DNA of 64,000 nt from Octopus vulgaris (lineage: Eukaryota). Numbering within the stretch: position 1 is the first letter of the stretch; each line of letters opens with the position of its first letter. The notes below the pieces were generated by a model. The model had not been told where the DNA came from. It saw only the letters and a list, made by a program, of their open reading frames with translations, and ran no database searches. Below, one piece after another: positions 58,700-64,000 of this stretch. The stretch spans positions 77,128,001 through 77,192,000 of the forward strand of contig OX597831.1 of NCBI GenBank assembly GCA_951406725.2, written 5' to 3'. The translations under genes were made by a program, and so were the position numbers.

Positions 58700-59252
58700 A
58701 TGCATCTCCTTAGCCCATTTCTTTCTTTGATATTAATTGGATGAAAGAGAGGTTTTCTTCTAGCTGATTGTCCATAATACCCAAGCTTATGCAGATATGT
58801 AACACACGTTCTTGGACTAACTTCTAGCTGTTTTGCAATGTCAGAAGCCTTTGAACGGGGTCTGTTTCCACAATTCTCTTCAAACAGTGAAGCTTCCTTT
58901 TCGATGGCCCAGGTCGGCCTGGACGAAAATCTGTTGATTCTTTTCTTTGGCTTTTGAATTGCACTATAATTCTATTAATATTAGCAAGAGGAATTTGAAG
59001 ATTTTCGGCAATTTTTCGCTGGCTAAGACCAACCTCAGATTGCCCAACAATACGACTTCTTTGAACACCTGACAGTTCTGCTGAATTTTTTGTGCGCGGC
59101 ATGGGTACTCTTCGCAAATGTTTAATATAATGGCACCTGGAATGAAAAAGAATAATTACATTGTAAATTCTACACAGCTGAAAACATCTTAAGACGCTTA
59201 GATAAGAAATTTTGAAAATTAAAGGTGTCCATTTACTTCCTGCATATCTGTT
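58700..59252 (-). mobile_element. Second, shorter copy of the Tc1 element (5' TIR plus DNA-binding region)
   Basis: Closely matches 6895-7417; [12 protein letters not shown]...RPGRPGP. Confidence 0.92.
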
Positions 59253-59318
59253 TATACATACACACATACACACGCGCACACACACACATACACACACACA
59301 CACATATATATATATACA

Positions 59319-59352
<34 letters not shown>

Positions 59353-60535
59353 CATACATACATATATACATACATACATACATACATACATACATACATA
59401 CATACATACATACATGCACCAAGTTTTATTCTTGGAGGTCTCAAGTTTGTAACACCTTAATATTTCATCTTTTCTCATTTTTTATGCCCAAGATATTTAT
59501 TTTCTATTCTGGTTTTTATATATCTCTTTATTCTAATACTTTATATTTGTATCTATACTTTACTTTAACCGAAACATAAAAGTGGTTTTGTCCAATTCAG
59601 GCAAAATCTTATGACGATCCTTGTACGAACAAAAGACCAAATGTCGTCTGGATATTTTTGTTGGGTAGACTTTCGTATTTGTAATCGAAGGTAACATGTG
59701 CGCTAGTTTTACGGCAGCTGAAGAAGTGCGACGATTATCGTATCTTTTACAGAGAAACTTGAAGCCCCGAATGTAAACCACAACATTATGTATAATTCAA
59801 TAATTATAGTTCTCTATTTCTAACTGAATTTCTTTTTCCTATCGTTCAGCTACAGGGATAAGACGCATTCTTGTCTGTCTCTTGTCACCTGTCAAACCTT
59901 GTTTCTCCAGCGTTTACCACCTTCCCGTATGTTTTCACTGTCCTGTTTTTGTTACCAACTTCGACGCTCCGCAAATCCCGAATTTATTTAATTTCTTTTG
60001 CGAGAGCAACTGCTTTGACGAAGACGCATCTTGTAATGCTGGAAATGTTTAGGTTTTTATTGACGTCCTATACCCATATATGCATATTTTTTTTTTTTTT
60101 TGATTTTTCCAGTTTCAGCTAATGAGCTGTGGCCATGCTGGGGCACCGCCATTTATGTACATATATATGTAAGTATGTACATTTATGCATATATCGGGTG
60201 TGGGCATGTAAACATTATTCCCACACCCCATATATGCCCGCAAACCAGTACTCCACATTATGCTACTCCACACAACACATCACCAAATCACACCACCACA
60301 TCAGATCGCACCAACCCTCACACACTATCATTGGCCACTTCCCAGCACCCACAGAGCACTAACTAAGCGGAACTTTTTACGAACTGAAAAGTCACCATGT
60401 AGTGCCTTACTGGATTTTATCTTGACAAAGGAACCCTGAGGAAGGAAATGTTTTTATACGGTGAGCTGAATTTGGACTATTTCCCACAAGCCCTTAAAAC
60501 TTTTCTGAAACGGCCACAGAGCTGGACTAATAATG

Positions 60536-60847
60536 CCAAGCCGAGTTAGCGGAGCCAAGCCAAGCCGAGCCGAGCCGAGCCGAGCCGAGCCGAGCCGAGC
60601 CGAGCCGAGCCGAGCCGAGCCGAGCCGAGCCAAGCCAAGCCGAACCGAGCCGAGCCGAGCCAAGCCAAGCCGAACTGAGCCAAGACGAGCTGAGCCGAGC
60701 CGAGCCGAGCCAAGCCAAGCCGAGCCGAGCCGAGCCAAGCCAAGCCGAGCCGAGCCGAGCCGAGCCAAGCCGAGCCGAGCCGAGCCGAGCCGAGCCGAGC
60801 CGAGCCGAGCCGAGCCGAGCCGAGCCAAGCCAAGCCGAGCCGAGCCA
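60536..60847. repeat. (GCCGA/GCCAA)n pentanucleotide array
   Basis: Direct reading; source of the ARLGS/AEPSR ORFs. Confidence 0.96.
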
Positions 60848-60928
60848 ATTAGATCGTAACGAATCAAGAAAAGTTACTGCATCAGTCATCAAATGTTTGT
60901 TTTTCGTTCTTTTCTTTACCACACAGAC

Positions 60929-61039
<111 letters not shown>

Positions 61040-61314
61040 CGCGTGTAGTACAGGCGGCGGCGTAGTTTAGCAGGTATGAGCGACTTGGTTATGAGGTTCA
61101 TTTTACGATTACAGGATCACCAGTTTCGACCTCGCTGCGCAACACTGCGGGTAATAATTTTCTTTCGTAGCATCAACAGAGAAACTAGGTAGACTCAGAC
61201 TCTGTGTGTGTGTGTCTGTGTGTGTGTGTGTGTGTGTGTGCACGCGTGTGAACGTGTGTGTGTATGTGTTTCTGTGTAAATCTGTTGTATGAATATTTCG
61301 CCTGCCTTTGAAAC

Positions 61315-61625
61315 GGAGCCGCGTGGCTTAGTGGTTAGAATGCTGGTCTCATTTATCGTAAGATCGTGGTTCGATTCCTGTACCGGGTGATGCGTTGAGT
61401 TCTTGAGACTTTCTTTCACGTTGCTCCAATCTAGTCAGCTGATAAAACTGAGCAATCCTACAACGAAGCGGTGTCCCGTCTACCGAGAAACCGGGAAACC
61501 GTTCCTATTCTCCTTTCGGCCTGAGGCTATAGTAGAAGACACTTGCCCAAGGTGCCACGCAGTGGGACTGAACGTAGAACCATGTGATTGGTACCTAAGC
61601 TTCTCAACACAACCACATCTGCACC
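61315..61625. mobile_element. Diverged family D SINE (+, 61315-61500) abutting a family B head (-, 61515-61625)
   Basis: TGGCTTAGTGGTTAG A-box, GGTTCGATTCC B-box; family B CORE-like motif. Confidence 0.75.
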
Positions 61626-62544
61626 TAGTTGTTTACAATAGTTGTTTACAGTTTGCAAGAAACAGCCAATTTCTGCTGCGTTTTAATATCAAACATATTA
61701 ATGACTGATTGACACCCTGCAATTAGAGAAAAAAACAGAATTTATAAGATCGATACTAACGTTATACGTTATCTAAAACCTAATATTTTAATATTGCTCT
61801 CTTGTCAAAGTTCACAATAAAGAAATAAAAACGAAAATATTAAATAAATCAAAAATCAAAAATCAAATGAATAAACAAATGAAAAGTTAATAGAATAAAA
61901 TGACTTTCATGCGATGAAAATATGTGGCTTTCATGCGTCTTAAACAAAATAACATTTTTGTTTGGTTATTTACAATGCGTTACTGCGTGGCTCTTCCGAT
62001 CGCCATGATAGTTTTAAAGTCACCTTGCTATACTCGAAGCCATAACCTGTAGAAATGGACGGAAGAAACCGTGTGTACTTGGGAAGTGTAAAATGCTCTT
62101 CAAAACCAACCGGAGATCCGTCAGCCCTGCGAATACTGTCCAGTTTGGAACCCGTGATCCTCCTAAGGGAAACAATATTTCATGATCCTTTCTACTTTAG
62201 GCACAAGGCCGGCGATTGTGAGGAGAGTGGGAAGTCGATTACATCGAACCCATTGCATTTGAATTATGCTTGCACCGATGAGTCTTTACTCCACTGCACT
62301 GATTACGAAATCACTGGTGATCTACAGCTAAATTCTGTTTTTGAATGACTTGCTTCGAGACATGCATTCGGTACGATATGTTTATTTTAGTAGTTTTGAC
62401 TTTAAGAGTCCCTCCTAGCGTGCGGCATTTATGTGTAATAATGCCCTCTATATAACATATGAATGTATATATATATGTATATATATGTACACAAACACAC
62501 ACACAGATACATATGTGTGTGTATATTTGTGTGTATGTGTATGT

Positions 62545-62860
62545 ATGGTTCAGTGGTTAGAGCGTCGAGCTTGCGATCGTGAGGTTGTGAGTTCGATTCC
62601 CGTGTTGTGTTCTTGAGCAAGACACTTTATTTTCACGTTGCTCCAGTTCACTCAGCTGTAGAAGTGAGTTGCAACATCACTGGTGCCAAGCTGTATCGGC
62701 CCCTTTGCCTTTCCCTTGGGTGACATCGGTGGTGTGGAGAGGAGAGGCCGGTATGCATGGGTGACTGCTGGCCTTCCACAAACAACCTTGCCTGGACTTG
62801 TACCTTGGAGGGTAACTTTCTAGGTGAAATCCCTTGGTCATTCATGACCGAACGGGGTCT
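62545..62860 (+). mobile_element. tRNA/CORE-type SINE (family D head)
   Basis: TGGTTCAGTGGTTAGAGCG, AGTTCGATTCC, TCTTGAGCAAGACACTTT. Confidence 0.8.
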
Positions 62861-63254
62861 CCAATTGATAGGTAGGTGAGTAAGTTTGTACAGGCAAAGT
62901 AATGTTGGATGTATGTATGTGTATATATAATATAATTTGCGTGTGCGTATGTATCTGTGTGTATATATTTTATTGACTCCGAAAGGACTAAAAGCAAAGT
63001 TAACCTCGCTGGTATTTGAACATAGAACGTAAAGATCCATAAGACATACCGTTAAGCATTTTGTTCGACGCACTAAATATTCTGCCAGCTCGCCATCTTA
63101 AAAATAGTATCCCATGATGCAAAGGATCATATGAAGTTTGTTGCAATTGATCATTATTCCCCCGAAGACCACCATCTTGCTTAGCGAATAATGTTAACCG
63201 GTTGACATACCGCTGAGTCCACTACTACAGCTGGGTTAGGTGCTACAACTACAA

Positions 63255-63791
63255 GGCGGCGAGCTGGCAGAAACGTTAGCACGCCGGGCGAAATGCGTAG
63301 CTGTATTTCGTCTGCCGCTACCTTTTTGAGTTCAAATTCCGCCGAGGTCAACTTTGCCTTTCATCCTTTCGAGGTCGATAAATTAATTCCAGTTACGCAT
63401 TGGGGTCGATGTAATCGACTTAATCCGTTTGTCTATCCTTGTTTGTCCCCTCTGTGTTTAGTTCCTTGTGGGTAGTAAAGAAATAGGTATTTCGTCTGCC
63501 GTTACGTTCTGAGTTCAAATTCCGCCGAGGTCGACTTTGCCTTTCATCCTTTCGGGTTCGATTAAATAAGTACCAGTTACGCACTGGGGTCGATATAATC
63601 GACTTAATCCGTTTGCCTATCCTTGTTTGTCCCCTCTGTGTTTAGCTCCTTGTGGGTAGTAAAGAAATAGGTATTTCGTCTGCTGTTACGTTCTGAGTTC
63701 AAATTCCGCCGAGGTCGACTTCGCCTTTCATCCTTTCGGGGTCGATTAAATAAGTACCAGTTATGCACTGTGATTGTGGGTAGTAAAGAAA
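63255..63791 (+). mobile_element. Trimeric family A SINE inside one 18-bp TSD
   Basis: TAGGTGCTACAACTACAA at 63237-63254 and 63792-63809. Confidence 0.93.
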
Positions 63792-64000
63792 TAGGTGCTA
63801 CAACTACAAACTTTGATTGAAACTAGAAATTATTATGCAATGGACGTGAATTAATTGTTCCCCTAAACTTACCATTTAAATTTCAATAACTCTGGTTCAA
63901 TATGAAAACGAAACCGTATAGCATTTTTCTAACAAGTTATTTCTGGTTTGTTAAAAACGCTGTCGAGGCTTAAATTTTATCGCAAATTTAACATTTAAAT

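Noticed and set aside
59560-59781. 73-aa non-repetitive ORF
   Set aside because: No recognisable motif or convincing splice context
60012-60052. UUGACGA..GCAU/AUGC..GAAA hammerhead-like string
   Set aside because: Stems I and III too weak to distinguish from chance
60454-60922. ARLGS/AEPSR repeat proteins
   Set aside because: (GCCGA)n pentanucleotide array

Overview
A 64-kb eukaryotic, repeat-saturated, essentially gene-free window. The SINE families and the (TA)n/(CATA)n/(AAT)n/(TATC)n load look to me like a coleoid cephalopod (octopus) genome; this is recall, not verified. Most ORFs in the track are microsatellite read-throughs. The real coding remnants are all transposable elements: three Tx1/L1-clade LINE copies, CR1-group LINE fragments, an R4/Dong-type RLE LINE end, two Tc1 copies, a mariner 3' end and two Penelope-like (PLE) GIY-YIG endonuclease fragments. 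Non-coding elements include two non-autonomous Helitrons and several dozen tRNA-type SINE copies. The main unexplained signal is a set of about ten type I hammerhead-ribozyme motifs, most in small non-coding elements lodged in (TA)n tracts. Several carry compensatory U3-A8 or G3-C8 swaps of the catalytic C3-G8 pair, two have long stem II insertions, and two sit on opposite strands of one ~870-bp segment. Together these suggest a diverse PLE/retrozyme-like ribozyme system. Element boundaries were read by eye and are approximate to a few tens of bp unless stated.
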